Assembly (NCBI GenBank): GCA_963823345.1
Contig: CAWGLE010000004.1
Coordinates: 513,166-577,165 of the forward strand
Length of the DNA: 64,000 bases
Direction: 5' to 3'
DNA from: Candidatus Sulfomarinibacteraceae bacterium
Lineage (GTDB): Bacteria > Acidobacteriota > Thermoanaerobaculia > Thermoanaerobaculales > Sulfomarinibacteraceae
Positions 48,026 through 58,474 of this stretch are shown here, piece after piece. Within the stretch, counting starts at the first letter, position 1; each line of letters begins with the position of its first letter. The notes under the pieces were generated by a model. It did no database searches and was not told the DNA's origin. It was given only the letters and a program-made list of their open reading frames with translations. Both the position numbers and the translations under genes were made by a program.

Positions 48026-48358
48026 ATTTCGGATTTCGGATTTCGGATTTCGGATTTTCCACCCATCCACCCCACACGTGTCCTCCCGTGCTATCCAGAG
48101 CCCCAATGGGGCAGGGTCAGCGTTCGATGACGACGCGGATTCCTGCAGTGCGCAGCGATGCGATTGCGGTCCACTCGCCAGCAGCGATACTGAAGGTGGG
48201 CCAAGGCCCACCCTACTTCGGACCAACAGATTGAGCGGACTGGTAGGGTGGGCTTCAGCCCACCTTCAGAGTCTCCTCGGGCCGGGTTTGGATGACATTC
48301 AGCTGGAGGAGGGCGGCAGGGTTTCCGAAATCCGAAATTCGAAATCCGAAATTCGAAA
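48024..48358. repeat. Second inverted pair of 7-mer arrays enclosing ~265 bp that contains a REPIN
   Basis: (GGATTTC)5 at 48024-48058 overlaps the uvrB stop. (TCCGAAA/TTCGAAA)5 at 48324-48358 ends 8 nt from the antiporter stop. Confidence 0.8.
48195..48264. repeat. REPIN type 1, copy 3 (heads inward)
   Basis: GGTGGGCCaaGGCCCACCCTAC -26 nt- GTAGGGTGGGCttcagCCCACC. Confidence 0.75.
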
Positions 48359-48366
48359 TTTCCCGC

Positions 48367-49353
48367 TCAGCTGCCTCTCACTCCAATGAAGATCAGGTAG
48401 GCGGTGAAGATGCTGAGCATCAGCGCGCCTTCCCAGCGGTTGATGCGGCCGTCGCGCAAAACGATGAGACCGACGACCAGAGTCGAGGCGATGAGGATCG
48501 GGATGTCCTGGAAGATGACAAAGGTCGAGACCGTACCGGGGCGGATCAAAAAGGCCGTGCCCACCACCATGCCGAGGTTGAAGACGTTGGAGCCGAGCAC
48601 GTTGCCGACGCCGATCTCGGACTCGCCCTTGAGGACCGCCGTCACCGATGTGGCGAGCTCCGGCAGCGACGTGCCGAAGGCCACCAGGGTGAGGCCGATG
48701 ACCGCCTCCGAAACGCTGAAGCGGCGGGCGAGCTCGACCCCACCCCTCACCAGCATCTCCGAACCGCCGACCAGGACCGCGATGCCGACGATGGTGATTG
48801 CGAGGTGACGAAGCGGCGACCCGGTCACCACCAGATCGGTGGCGTCCGCCTTCCGCGTCTGGGTCAGCGCCATCCAGAGGAAGGCCGCGAAAACCACCAG
48901 CAACAGCCCGGCGGTCGCGCGTGAGATGTTCCCGTTCCTCGCCATGATCAGCAGGATGGCGGCGGGAACGAGACCGAAGACGAGGTCGCGCACCAGCACC
49001 TTGCGGGCGCCGATGACGTGGATCGGGACCACCACCGCCGCCACGCCGAGCACCAGCAGCAGGTTCATGATGTTGGAGCCGACCGCGTTGCCGAGGCTGA
49101 GGTCGGAGCTGCCGCGGGCGGCGGCCAGCACCGACACTGAGAACTCAGGCATCGACGTGCCGAAACCCACCACGGTCAGTCCCACCACCATCGGCGAGAT
49201 GCCGAACCGCAGGGCGAGCCGCGAGGCGCCGTCCACCAGCCAATTCGCGCCGACCGCGAGACCGACGATCCCGCCGGCCAACAGAAGCCAAGGAACGAAT
49301 GAGTGAGTCATAACCGGCCGATATCCTACCATCGTCGCCGTGGAGGGGTTCAA
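48367..49353 (-). CDS. CaCA-family calcium/sodium antiporter (YrbG-like)
   Basis: 328 aa; two alpha-repeat regions (..GTSMPEFSVS.. and ..GTSLPELATS..). The TTG start at 49353 lies inside the 8-mer array, so ATG 49332 or 49311 are alternatives. Confidence 0.85.
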   Translation of the reverse strand: MNPSTATMVGYRPVMTHSFVPWLLLAGGIVGLAVGANWLVDGASRLALRFGISPMVVGLTVVGFGTSMPEFSVSVLAAARGSSDLSLGNAVGSNIMNLLLVLGVAAVVVPIHVIGARKVLVRDLVFGLVPAAILLIMARNGNISRATAGLLLVVFAAFLWMALTQTRKADATDLVVTGSPLRHLAITIVGIAVLVGGSEMLVRGGVELARRFSVSEAVIGLTLVAFGTSLPELATSVTAVLKGESEIGVGNVLGSNVFNLGMVVGTAFLIRPGTVSTFVIFQDIPILIASTLVVGLIVLRDGRINRWEGALMLSIFTAYLIFIGVRGS

Positions 49354-49387
49354 ACGTTTGAACGTTCAAACGTTACAACGTTCAAAC
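49348..49387. repeat. Tandem 8-mer array (GTTNNAAC)5
   Basis: gttcaaac gtttgaac gttcaaac gttacaac gttcaaac. Adjacent units are mutual reverse complements (16-bp perfect palindromes). The array ends 2 nt from the omp85 stop (49390-49392, minus strand). Confidence 0.8.
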
Positions 49388-49389
49388 GC

Positions 49390-52174
49390 CTAGAACGGTA
49401 CGCCGAAGCTGACGAAGAACTGGCCCCCCGACTCACCGGGTCGGGGATCGATCTTCCAGGCGTACTCGGCGCGCAGCGGACCGGCGGGTGTCCGGTATTG
49501 GATGCCGAGACCGGGACCCCACCGGATGTCGCCGAAGTCGATCTGTGACGGAGAGCCCCAGACGTTGCCGGCGTCGACGAAGGCCTCGGCGAAAAACTCA
49601 CCCACGATACGACGGCGGTACTGGAGGTTCAGCAGGATCAGCGCGTTGCCGCCCAGGGGGTTGCCGTCGACGATGGTCTGTCCGGGGATGCCGAGGTCGT
49701 CGGTGTCGAAGGCCCGGTGAGTCGTCCGGCCGCCGGCGAAAAAGCGGTAGGCGAAAGGGATCTGGAGGTTTTCCGGGATGTCGGGCAGCTTGTCGAAGGG
49801 CTCGATCACACCGAGACGCAGACCGGCTGCGGCAAATCCCCTCCAGATGGGTTTGTAGACGGTGCCCCCGAGCTGGACCTTGAGGAAGTGCTCGTCGGCG
49901 AGAAATGCGGGAAAGGCGTACTGCGCCGACGCGGAGGCGAAGACCCCCTTCTCCGGCGCCAACGGGTTGTCCCGCGTGTCCCACTCGAGGCTCGGCGTGA
50001 TCGACGCGACCTTCGATTCCTGCAACTCGGCGGGGAGCGTGGGCAACGGGACATCGGGCAGGTTCTGCGGCTGGATGATCTCGTACTCGTACCGGAACCA
50101 CGGTCGCAGCGGTCGTTTGAGGCGGTCGCCGAAATCGATCCACAGACCGCGCCGCAGGAGATCGCGGTCGGCAAGGGTCTCATCCGTGCGGTAGACGGCG
50201 AGGTAGCCCGGCACCGGCAGCCCGAAAATGCGCCGTTTGCGCAGCGACAACGAGTACTGCTGCTGGGTTTGCGACAGTGAGACCTCCGCCGAAAAGGCGT
50301 AGGCGCGGCCGAGCAGGTTGAGGTGCGACCACCCGAGGATCAACCGCGCCGCGTCCACGTTCGAGTAGCCGATGCCGAAGAGGTAGGACTTCTGCTCGCC
50401 TTCCTCGCACCGGATGACGATGTTCCGTTCGGCCCGGTGCTCGTGGCCGGGCATGGGAACCACCTCGACCCTCCGGAACAGGCCGAGCTCGTACAGGCCC
50501 CGCTGGGCGGCGAGCAGCCGGCCGCGCGACAGCGGCTCCCCGGTCACGACCCCGGCCCGCTCCACGACGGTCGCCACCAGCTGCTCGCGGGTGTGAAGCA
50601 GACCGGCGATGATGACGTCGCCGACCCGTACGAAGGCGCCGGGGTCGACCTGGTAGACGACCCGGGCCTTGCCGGGTTGCGAGGTATCGACCTCCACCCT
50701 CACCCGCCCCTCGGGGTAGCCGGTGTCGGCGAGCGCCTCCTGGAGACGGTGCTGGGCTCTGTCGACGGCGCCTGGACTCCACGACGAACCGTCGGCGAGT
50801 CCGAGCGGCCGGAATTCGAGGTCGGCAGCCGTCTCGACCGGCAGTCCTTCGACCCGGACCTCGTCGACGATCCACCGCTCGCCCTCGGTGATCGGGAACT
50901 CGACCGAGACCGCTTTCCCGCCCTCCGTGGGCACCCACCGCGGCGCGCCGATTTCGACGTACGGAAATCCCTCGAGGTGGTAGTGCTCCACGAGAGCGGT
51001 CCGGTCGGCCGCGAGCGTCGCGTCGCTGATGCGCTGGCCAAAGCGTCCCCCGGTCTTTCCTTTGCGGACCGTGACCACGTTCGCGAGCGCGCCGGCGACC
51101 AGGCGGTCCGCCCCCGGAAACTCCACCGCCTCGACTCCCAGCTTGTTGCCGGGGTGGACCTCGAGCCGGAGGACCATTTCGCCGCTCTCTTCGAGGAGAT
51201 CTGCCCGAACTTCGGCGAGCAGGTATCCGGCCTCCTGGAGCTGCTCGCGGACCTGATCAGCGAGAGCGTCCGTCTGGGCGGGGTGGACATCGCCGTCGGC
51301 CGGATCGGGGAAAGCGCCGGCGGCGACCTTCTCGCTCTCCGGCGGGGTTTCCAGCTCGAGCCGGTACATCGGCCCCGGGTCGACCCGGAGCACGAGTTCG
51401 ACCGCGGGGCCGTCCGCCAGCCGGGTGGCGTCGAGGACCTCGGCTTCCCAGAAACCCATGCTGCGGAGGTTGGCTTCGGTGCGGGTCCGCACCCGCTCTT
51501 CGAACCGCGAGGTGAGGCGCGCCCCGTTCTTGGCATTCGGCTGAGCGGCGGCAGCCCGCTCCTCGGTGTCCAGACCCTCGAGGGTCACCTTCTCCAGGAC
51601 CTGTCGGGCGCCCTGGGCGACCTCGAACTCGATCGCCACCGTGTTCGACGTGCGGTCGTAATCGAGGTAGGCCTCGACGGTGGCGTCGGCATAACCCCGC
51701 TCGAACAACCGACGCTCGACCCGGCGCCGGCTGACCTCGATGCCGGCGGCGGTCACCGGGTCGCCGGGCTCGAGCTGCAGCCAGCGATGGATCCAGACCC
51801 GGAGGATCGGCTTGTTGACGCGGACTTGCACCTTCGAGAGCGTCGATCGGTAGCTCAGCCGCACCAGGATCTCGACGCCGCCGGCAGTTTCGGTGCTCTC
51901 CACGCGCAGGCTTTCCACCTCGCCGCCGGCATAGAGGGTGGTGATGACTTCGCGCAGCCGCTGGCGGTTGAGGGGCGCACCCACCCTCGAGCTCGAGAAC
52001 CTCGGCCACGGCCGCTTTGTCGACCGGGCCGGTGGCCTCGACGCGAACGCTGGTGACCATCGGCGGTCCCTCGGCGGCTGCCGGCGCTACCGCGGCCAGC
52101 GGCAACAGCCCCGCCGCCAACAGCGCTGCCCGGAGGGGCCTGAACGGTGGTCGGAAGGAGACGATCGATTTCAT
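49390..52174 (-). CDS. Omp85-family outer membrane protein assembly factor (BamA/TamA-like, POTRA repeats + barrel), with one apparent frameshift near the N-terminus
   Basis: The 864-aa ORF (49390-51984) holds POTRA repeats and the barrel, ending ..GGQFFVSFGVPF*. The signal peptide and first POTRA strand (MKSIVSFRPPFRPLRAALLAAGLLPLAAVAPAAAEGPPMVTSVRVEATGPVDKAAVAEVLELEGG) are in another frame from ATG 52174. The join is at GAGGGTGGGTGCGCC (~51978-51988). Confidence 0.75.
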
Positions 52175-52178
52175 GGCG

Positions 52179-55100
52179 TCAGTAGGGCCGCCGGAGCTTG
52201 AGGTCGAGCGAATAGGAGCCGTCCTCGTGCTGGCCGGCTTCGAGGAACAAGCCCGGCGCGAGGTACCAGCGGCTGACCACGATCTGCTCCCGCTCGCCGG
52301 AAAGGGTGGTCTGCAAGATCACCGTCCACGAGGGTGTCAGCTGTTTGATGACCGACAGCCGGGCGGTGGGGTTGCCAGTGGAATTGGCCGAAAACGGGTC
52401 CACCCGCACCTGGTCGATGGGCAGCACGAGCTGGGCCCTCTCGCTGAGGACCGACGTCAGCTCGCTCGACAGGATGGAAGACGCCAGACCGAGCCCCATG
52501 GCGCCGGCGCCGAGAGCCTCGCTGCGGTACCCGACTCCGAGCAGGGAGTAGATCTCCGGCGCGCTGAGCGGCGGCGTCGACACCGCGGTCGAGACGAAGT
52601 GGTCGAAGGTTCCCGACAGGTTGACGGTGATCTGGTACTCCTGCGCCCAGGTGGAGGCCTGCAGATCGAGAAAGGGGTCGATCCCCTGGGGGTTGGAGAA
52701 GGTGAGGCTGCCGCGTTCGACCTCGTAGCGGTTGCCGAGCAGCGTCACGTCGCCGCCCTCGAGCACCTCGACCTGGCCGATGAGCCCCGGCTGGTTGGAG
52801 GTGCCGGTGATGTCGAGGCTGGCCGATCCGGTCAGGCGAACGAACGGGTTGTGGAGATTGATGGTCTCGTCGGACTCGACGTGGAGGTTGAGGTTGAGCC
52901 CGCCCTCGGCGGGCGATCTGCCGGTGCTGCCGAGCCATTTGATCAGCAACGCCGCCGGGTCGTCCTTGGTTGTGAGGCTCAGACGATCCATGTCGAGGTC
53001 GCCGGCAAGATTGAGCCCGGTCACCGGTCCGCTGAGACGCCAGGTCCCCGAGAGCCGGGCTTCGAGGTTGGGGAGCACTTCGTAACGGACTCCCTCCGCG
53101 GTGCCGTCGAGGGTCAGAAACAGAGAGTCCTCGCGTTGGCGGATGCGGCCGCCGCAGCTGCCGCGCCCACCCATGATGCGGAAGGTCATGCCCTCGAGCA
53201 GCACCTCGCCCGACGACAGGAGGACCACGCCTTCGACCTGCGAGAGAATGGTGCGGGTCCCGGGCAGCCGGAACGACCCCTTGTGGATCTCGGCGATGCC
53301 CTCGAAGAGCGGCGCGTCGACGGTTCCCAGGACCTCGACGATGCCGGTCGCCCGACCCGCCGGCTCCCAGTCCGGAAGCAGGTACCGCAACAGCAGGGTG
53401 TCCATGGTTCCCGAGACGTTGCCGGCGAGTCGGCCGTCGCCGCCAATCGTCCAGCGAACGAAAAACTCGTCTTCGAGGGCGCGCGCCCGCAGACCCGGGA
53501 CGGTGAACCCGTCCGCCGACAACGAGAAGTCCGCGGGCTCGATCAGCTCGACAGATCGATCGGCCAGGCCGAGGTCGAGCGCCTGGATGGTACCGTTCAC
53601 CCGCGGCCAGGCTTCGTCGCCCCAATCGACATCAAAGTCGGCACGGCCGGTGCCGGTGAGCGGCACCCCGACGTCGGGACCCAGGAGCGCGAGGAGCTCC
53701 TTGGCCGACGACATGACAAACTCACCCCTGCCATGGAGCCCGCCATCGGCGGTGCGGCGAAGGTTCGTGCGGACATTCGCCGCCCCTTCGATGTCCGCCG
53801 TGACCTCGACGGTTTCGGGGCCCTGAACCACCTCGAGGCGTCCGCGCTCGGAGGTTGCCACCAGCTCGGCCGCCATCTCACCGCCGATCGGCAGGTCGAA
53901 GTCGAGCGTGACATCCGCGGTGTCGCCGGCGAGGTGGGCGACCGCTTCTCCCAGTCCGCCGAGCGGCATGTCCGGCCACCGCAGGTTTCCGGTGATGTGC
54001 GCGGCGGCCACATCCCACCAGATCTTCGCGGCGAGGCCCCGGTCGCAGCGCAGATCGCGGCAAAAAAATCGGGCGTCGGCCAGCTCGATACCGGTTGACG
54101 CCGTTCCGAGCTGCAACCCGCCGAGCGCAAGATCTTCGATCTCCGCGATCCACGACCCGCGCGGCAAGGCGATGGGTCCGCCAAGCTCGCCGTCGAACGA
54201 CAGCAGCCCGCTGTCGACCCATGGCTGGAGATCGATCCACGACGCCACGGCGGCGAGGGGGATTTTGTGTCCGCGGATGTCGAGATTCAGCTGCTCGTCG
54301 CCGACCGCCGGGTCCCAGGTGAGCCCGCCTTCGATCTCGCCGAGTCCGTCGGCGATCTGGAACCGGGCGGAGCCGATCCGCAGCAGTGAGTGCGCGATGG
54401 TGACGTCGGCGACCAGCCGGTCGAAGGTGACCGGCGGCAGCCGCAGCGGCCGGGCGTCGACCCGGGCCAGCACCGTGAGATCGCGAAACGGGCCGCTCAG
54501 GTTGACCTCGAGATCTCCGGTGCCTTCGAGCTCGGGCGGCAGGGCGGTCGAGCCGACCCAGGCGTTGACCATGGGGACGATCTTCGCGAACTCGGCCCCG
54601 TCCGCGGTGATCGACCAGGCGGGTTCCCAGGTGCCGATCGTGAGGGCCCCCTGCCAGCGGGTGGCGGCGCCGCCGAGGGACAGTTCCGAAGAATCGAACC
54701 GGAAGAAGCCCTCACCGGTCAGGTCAACGGCCAGCGGCCCTTCGACCTCGATGCCGGGAGACGCCGCGTGAAACTGCAGCGCCGCATGACCGAGCCCGGA
54801 AGGGAAGGCTCGGCCGTTCCATCTTCCGTTTGCGGAGATGTCGAGCGTCGCCGCGAGCCCGGCCGGCTCGACCCGTAGATCGCCGAGGAATCCCCGGAGC
54901 GAAATCCCCGAGCCCTCGAGCTCCACAGCGTGCGGGTAGTCTCCGCCGAGCTCGGCGAGATGATAGGTCCCGCGCAGCGTTCCACGGTGAAATCGTGCAC
55001 GGTCGAGAGTTCCGTGGAGGCTCTTCCCGACCAGCGAGATGCTGCCTTGAAGATCGTCGAGCGGGAAACTCCCGACCCCGATGTGGGGCGCCACAATCGC

Positions 55101-55919
55101 CGCCCGCAGCAACTCGGACGATGCGGTGTCGAGGGCGAGCTCGACGACGGCGCTGCCGCTGAGCAGGCCGTGGGTCTTGATGAAACCGTCCAGCCACCCG
55201 ATGTCGAGCGGTCCGGACGCGTCGAACTTCGCCCCGGCGGCGGTGACCCGGCCGTGTCCGTGGAGGGTGAACCCGACCCCCGTGAGATGAAAGGTGGGAA
55301 GCGCCAACCCCTCGTCGGAGAGGGTGAAGCGGGCGTTGACGGCCGTCTGGAGGGGCTCCATCTTGCCGATGCGGACGATGGCCTTGGCGATCTCGGCGTA
55401 ACCGCCCGCGGCGTCGCCTTCGCCCGTCCAGCCGCCGCGAACCCCGTCGAGGTCGAGCGACAGACCGCCCGGCAGGTCGACTCCCTCAAACTGCACGTCG
55501 GCGAGCTCGAGGTGCTGGATGCGGAACTTGATGGGCCGATCACCGGAGCCGGAGGACTTCGGCAGACCCTCGAGCGACAATCGGACCCCGCGGGCGGCCA
55601 CGGTTCCGAGCACGATCGTGCGGCGGGTGAGCCACAGGCGCGAGAGGTCCGCATGGAGAGCCTCGACGTCGGCGGCGATGCCCGGGGCCCGGAGGTGAAC
55701 GTCGTCGAGATCCACACCGGGTGGCACCACGCTCCAGTGGAAATCGCCGACCTCGACCTCGGCGCCGAAGCCGGCGGCCCGCCGCTCGATCCAGCGGATC
55801 GCCGCACGACGGGTCGGTCCGGCCTCGAGGACCGCACGGATCAGAAGCCCGGAAACCAGGACGAAGGCAACGGTCGCCAGCACGGCGATGACCGTGCGTC
55901 TGAGGTGGCGGTATCTCAC
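52179..55919 (-). CDS. tamB: Translocation and assembly module protein TamB (AsmA-like, DUF490 C-terminus)
   Basis: GTG 55919 overlaps the nadK stop (GTGA). N-terminal TM IAVLATVAFVLVSGLLI, a long beta-rich body, and C-terminal ..RLSVIKQLTPSWTVILQTTLSGEREQIVVSRWYLAPGLFLEAG... Confidence 0.85.
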   Translation of the reverse strand: MRYRHLRRTVIAVLATVAFVLVSGLLIRAVLEAGPTRRAAIRWIERRAAGFGAEVEVGDFHWSVVPPGVDLDDVHLRAPGIAADVEALHADLSRLWLTRRTIVLGTVAARGVRLSLEGLPKSSGSGDRPIKFRIQHLELADVQFEGVDLPGGLSLDLDGVRGGWTGEGDAAGGYAEIAKAIVRIGKMEPLQTAVNARFTLSDEGLALPTFHLTGVGFTLHGHGRVTAAGAKFDASGPLDIGWLDGFIKTHGLLSGSAVVELALDTASSELLRAAIVAPHIGVGSFPLDDLQGSISLVGKSLHGTLDRARFHRGTLRGTYHLAELGGDYPHAVELEGSGISLRGFLGDLRVEPAGLAATLDISANGRWNGRAFPSGLGHAALQFHAASPGIEVEGPLAVDLTGEGFFRFDSSELSLGGAATRWQGALTIGTWEPAWSITADGAEFAKIVPMVNAWVGSTALPPELEGTGDLEVNLSGPFRDLTVLARVDARPLRLPPVTFDRLVADVTIAHSLLRIGSARFQIADGLGEIEGGLTWDPAVGDEQLNLDIRGHKIPLAAVASWIDLQPWVDSGLLSFDGELGGPIALPRGSWIAEIEDLALGGLQLGTASTGIELADARFFCRDLRCDRGLAAKIWWDVAAAHITGNLRWPDMPLGGLGEAVAHLAGDTADVTLDFDLPIGGEMAAELVATSERGRLEVVQGPETVEVTADIEGAANVRTNLRRTADGGLHGRGEFVMSSAKELLALLGPDVGVPLTGTGRADFDVDWGDEAWPRVNGTIQALDLGLADRSVELIEPADFSLSADGFTVPGLRARALEDEFFVRWTIGGDGRLAGNVSGTMDTLLLRYLLPDWEPAGRATGIVEVLGTVDAPLFEGIAEIHKGSFRLPGTRTILSQVEGVVLLSSGEVLLEGMTFRIMGGRGSCGGRIRQREDSLFLTLDGTAEGVRYEVLPNLEARLSGTWRLSGPVTGLNLAGDLDMDRLSLTTKDDPAALLIKWLGSTGRSPAEGGLNLNLHVESDETINLHNPFVRLTGSASLDITGTSNQPGLIGQVEVLEGGDVTLLGNRYEVERGSLTFSNPQGIDPFLDLQASTWAQEYQITVNLSGTFDHFVSTAVSTPPLSAPEIYSLLGVGYRSEALGAGAMGLGLASSILSSELTSVLSERAQLVLPIDQVRVDPFSANSTGNPTARLSVIKQLTPSWTVILQTTLSGEREQIVVSRWYLAPGLFLEAGQHEDGSYSLDLKLRRPY

Positions 55920-56788
55920 CCGCCCCGCTCTCCCCACTTCAGCTTCCGATTCAGGACCTGAAAGTAGGACCGGCTCGGGTCGGCGATCAACATCACCGGA
56001 TCCGGGCAGGCCCGGATGGTCACCAGGTCCTCGGCCCCGATCGGGAAACCCTGTTGCCCGTCGAGGGTCAACCACACCTCCTCCGTGTGACTCTCGAGCC
56101 GGATCTCGATCGTCGAGTCCAGCGACAGCACGATGGGGCGGTTGGTCAGGGCGTGGGGACAGATCGGCGTGACGACGAGGATCTCGAGGTTGGGGTACAG
56201 GATCGGCCCGCCGGCCGACAGGTTGTAGGCGGTCGAACCGGTCGGGGTGGCGACGATCAGTCCGTCGGCCTTGAACCGGCTGACGAAGGCGCCGTTGACG
56301 TGGACCCCCAACACGAGCATGCGGGCCAGGGCCGACTTGTTGATCACCGCATCGTTGAGGACGCAGCGTGTGATCTGTTCCCTGTTCGGGTTCTCCACCG
56401 TCACCGTGAGGCGTTCCCGGCGCACCACGTCGACCCGGCCCTCGAGAGTCGCGTGGAGGACCTTCATCAAGTGGTCGGCGGGGTGTTCGGTCAAAAATCC
56501 CAGCGTGCCCATGTTGACACCCAGAATCGGCGTCCCTCCGAGGGCGCCGCGGGTCACCGAAAGCAGCGTGCCGTCACCGCCGATCACGACGATGAGATCG
56601 ACCAGGCTCGCGAGGTGCTCACGGTCGATACCGTCGTCGTTGCCGAGAACCTCGGCCGATTCGCTGTCGACCGCCGCCTCGAGACCGAGACGGTCGAGCT
56701 CGGCAAGCAGCTGTCGACCGAGCTCCGCGGCCCCGGAGCTGGAGGTCTTGAGAACAACGCCCACGCGGCGGATTGCCGGGTCAGTCAT
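55916..56788 (-). CDS. nadK: NAD kinase
   Basis: ATG 56788; ..VVIGGDGTLL.., ..GVNMGTLGFLTE.., ..ADGLIVATPTGSTAYNLSAGGPI... Confidence 0.9.
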   Translation of the reverse strand: MTDPAIRRVGVVLKTSSSGAAELGRQLLAELDRLGLEAAVDSESAEVLGNDDGIDREHLASLVDLIVVIGGDGTLLSVTRGALGGTPILGVNMGTLGFLTEHPADHLMKVLHATLEGRVDVVRRERLTVTVENPNREQITRCVLNDAVINKSALARMLVLGVHVNGAFVSRFKADGLIVATPTGSTAYNLSAGGPILYPNLEILVVTPICPHALTNRPIVLSLDSTIEIRLESHTEEVWLTLDGQQGFPIGAEDLVTIRACPDPVMLIADPSRSYFQVLNRKLKWGERGG

Positions 56789-56968
56789 CGCCGCCCATTC
56801 TACGGCAAATCTTTTCAGGTCCCTTCGCGGGAATCCGGGACCCGTCGTCCTACTACATGTTGGGGTGATACCAAATCTCACCCCCACATGTTGTGGTGGA
56901 TCGGGAAAACGGCTGAAAACGTGCGAGAAGAGATCTCAAGAGTGCGTATCTCGTTGGAGCCCAAACCC

Positions 56969-57036
56969 TTGACATGCTGTCCGCGGCAGATCATGATGGG
57001 GTGGTCAGAAGTGGTCGAATTCGGTCCGGAGTGGTC
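56969..57036 (+). promoter_or_regulatory. Candidate dcw (Pmra) promoter with three GTGGTC direct repeats (MraZ-box-like)
   Basis: TTGACA(56969)-17 nt-CATGAT(56992). GTGGTC sits at 57001, 57011 and 57031 (10- and 20-bp phasing), upstream of mraZ GTG 57080. Confidence 0.5.
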
Positions 57037-57079
57037 ATCAGAGCGGTCAGGAAGCCCACTTCAAGGTCAAGGGGGCAGC

Positions 57080-57523
57080 GTGGAGCGTTTCCGAGGAGGG
57101 TTCCCGGCAACCATCGACGCCAAGGGTCGCGTCAAGCTGCCGGCACGTCTTCGCGAGCAGCTCGAAGCCGGCTTCGGGCGCGAGGTCTACGTGTGTTCCT
57201 TCTTCCCCCACGAGCTCCGAGTCTATCCGCTGGCCGTGTGGCAGGCGGTGGAGGAACAACTCCTCAAGAAGCCGGCGATGAAACCTGCGGTGCTCAAGCT
57301 GGTCGAGCGGGTCAACTACGGCCAGCTTCTGGACGTCGACGACCACGGGCGGATCCTGGTGCCGGCGCTGCTGCGGGAGATGGTCAACGTCGAGGGTGAG
57401 GTCGTGATCTCGGGTCGCATCAACCACCTCGCCGTCACCAACCGCTCGCGCGCAGCCACCTTCCTCGAAGAGGCTTCGCTGAGTGATGAGGAGTTGGAAG
57501 AACTCGCGCAGCTGGAGCTGTGA
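57080..57523 (+). CDS. mraZ: Transcriptional regulator MraZ
   Basis: GTG 57080 follows AAGGGGG. Two SpoVT/AbrB-like halves (..ATIDAKGRVKLPARLRE.. and ..DVDDHGRILVPALLRE..). Confidence 0.9.
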   Translation: MERFRGGFPATIDAKGRVKLPARLREQLEAGFGREVYVCSFFPHELRVYPLAVWQAVEEQLLKKPAMKPAVLKLVERVNYGQLLDVDDHGRILVPALLREMVNVEGEVVISGRINHLAVTNRSRAATFLEEASLSDEELEELAQLEL

Positions 57524-57535
57524 TGGAGGAGGGCA

Positions 57536-58474
57536 GTGGCCTCCGAACACCTCCCTGTGCTCACCGGCCCGGTGGTGGAGCTGCTGGCCCCCGCTGCGCC
57601 GGGCCTTGTCATCGACGCGACGGTCGGTCTCGGAGGGCACGCCGAAGCCCTGCTTCGGGCGGAGCCGGGATTTCGGCTGGTCGGGCTGGATCGTGACCCG
57701 GTCGCGCTGGCCCGCGCCGGGGAACGGCTGCGGGAATTCTCGGACCGTGTGCGGCTCGTGGAAAGCGCCTTCGACCAGCTCCCCGCGATCCTCGACCGGC
57801 TGCAGCTGGAGCCCCCGTCGGCGATCCTCGCCGATCTCGGGTGTTCGTCCCTGCAGCTCGACACTCCGGAGCGGGGCTTTTCATTCCAGAGCGACGGACC
57901 GCTCGACATGCGGATGGGCGCCGCGGGCCCGACGGCCGCGGACCTCCTGGAGACGGCCGATTGGGAGGAGCTGGTGAGGATCCTCCGCGACTACGGCGAG
58001 GAGAGGCACGCACGCGCGATCAGCCGCGCGATCGTCGCGCGGCGCGGCGACGCCCCGCTGCGCACCACCGGCGAGCTGAGCGGTCTGGTGCGCTCGGTGG
58101 TCCGCGGCGGCGAGCACCGGATCCATCCGGCGACGCGGACATTCCAGGCGCTGCGGATCGCGGTCAACGACGAACTCGGCCAGCTCGAGAGGTTTCTCGA
58201 ACCGGCGGCCCGCGCGTTGCGGCCGGGCGGACGGATCGCGGTGATCGCATTCCACTCGCTCGAGGACCGGATCGTCAAACACACGATGCGGCGGCTCGAA
58301 GGCCGTTGCACCTGCCCTCCGGGTCTTCCGGTGTGCCGATGCGAACGCGAGGAGGTCCTGCGAGTGGTGACCGGCGCTCCCGTCCGGCCGGACGACGACG
58401 AGGTCGAACGCAACCCGAGGGCGCGTTCGGCCCGGCTGCGGGCGGCCGAACGCCGGGGGAGGGGTTCGGCATGA
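57536..58474 (+). CDS. rsmH: 16S rRNA (cytosine1402-N4)-methyltransferase
   Basis: 312 aa; ..HLPVL.., ..IDATVGLGGHAEALL.., ..ILADLGCSSLQLD... Confidence 0.9.
   Translation: MASEHLPVLTGPVVELLAPAAPGLVIDATVGLGGHAEALLRAEPGFRLVGLDRDPVALARAGERLREFSDRVRLVESAFDQLPAILDRLQLEPPSAILADLGCSSLQLDTPERGFSFQSDGPLDMRMGAAGPTAADLLETADWEELVRILRDYGEERHARAISRAIVARRGDAPLRTTGELSGLVRSVVRGGEHRIHPATRTFQALRIAVNDELGQLERFLEPAARALRPGGRIAVIAFHSLEDRIVKHTMRRLEGRCTCPPGLPVCRCEREEVLRVVTGAPVRPDDDEVERNPRARSARLRAAERRGRGSA

Noticed and set aside
50323-54098. 577-aa and 693-aa plus-strand ORFs (50323-52056, 52017-54098)
   Set aside because: They are antisense shadows of the omp85 and tamB genes. They have Arg/Gly/Asp-rich composition and no recognisable domains.
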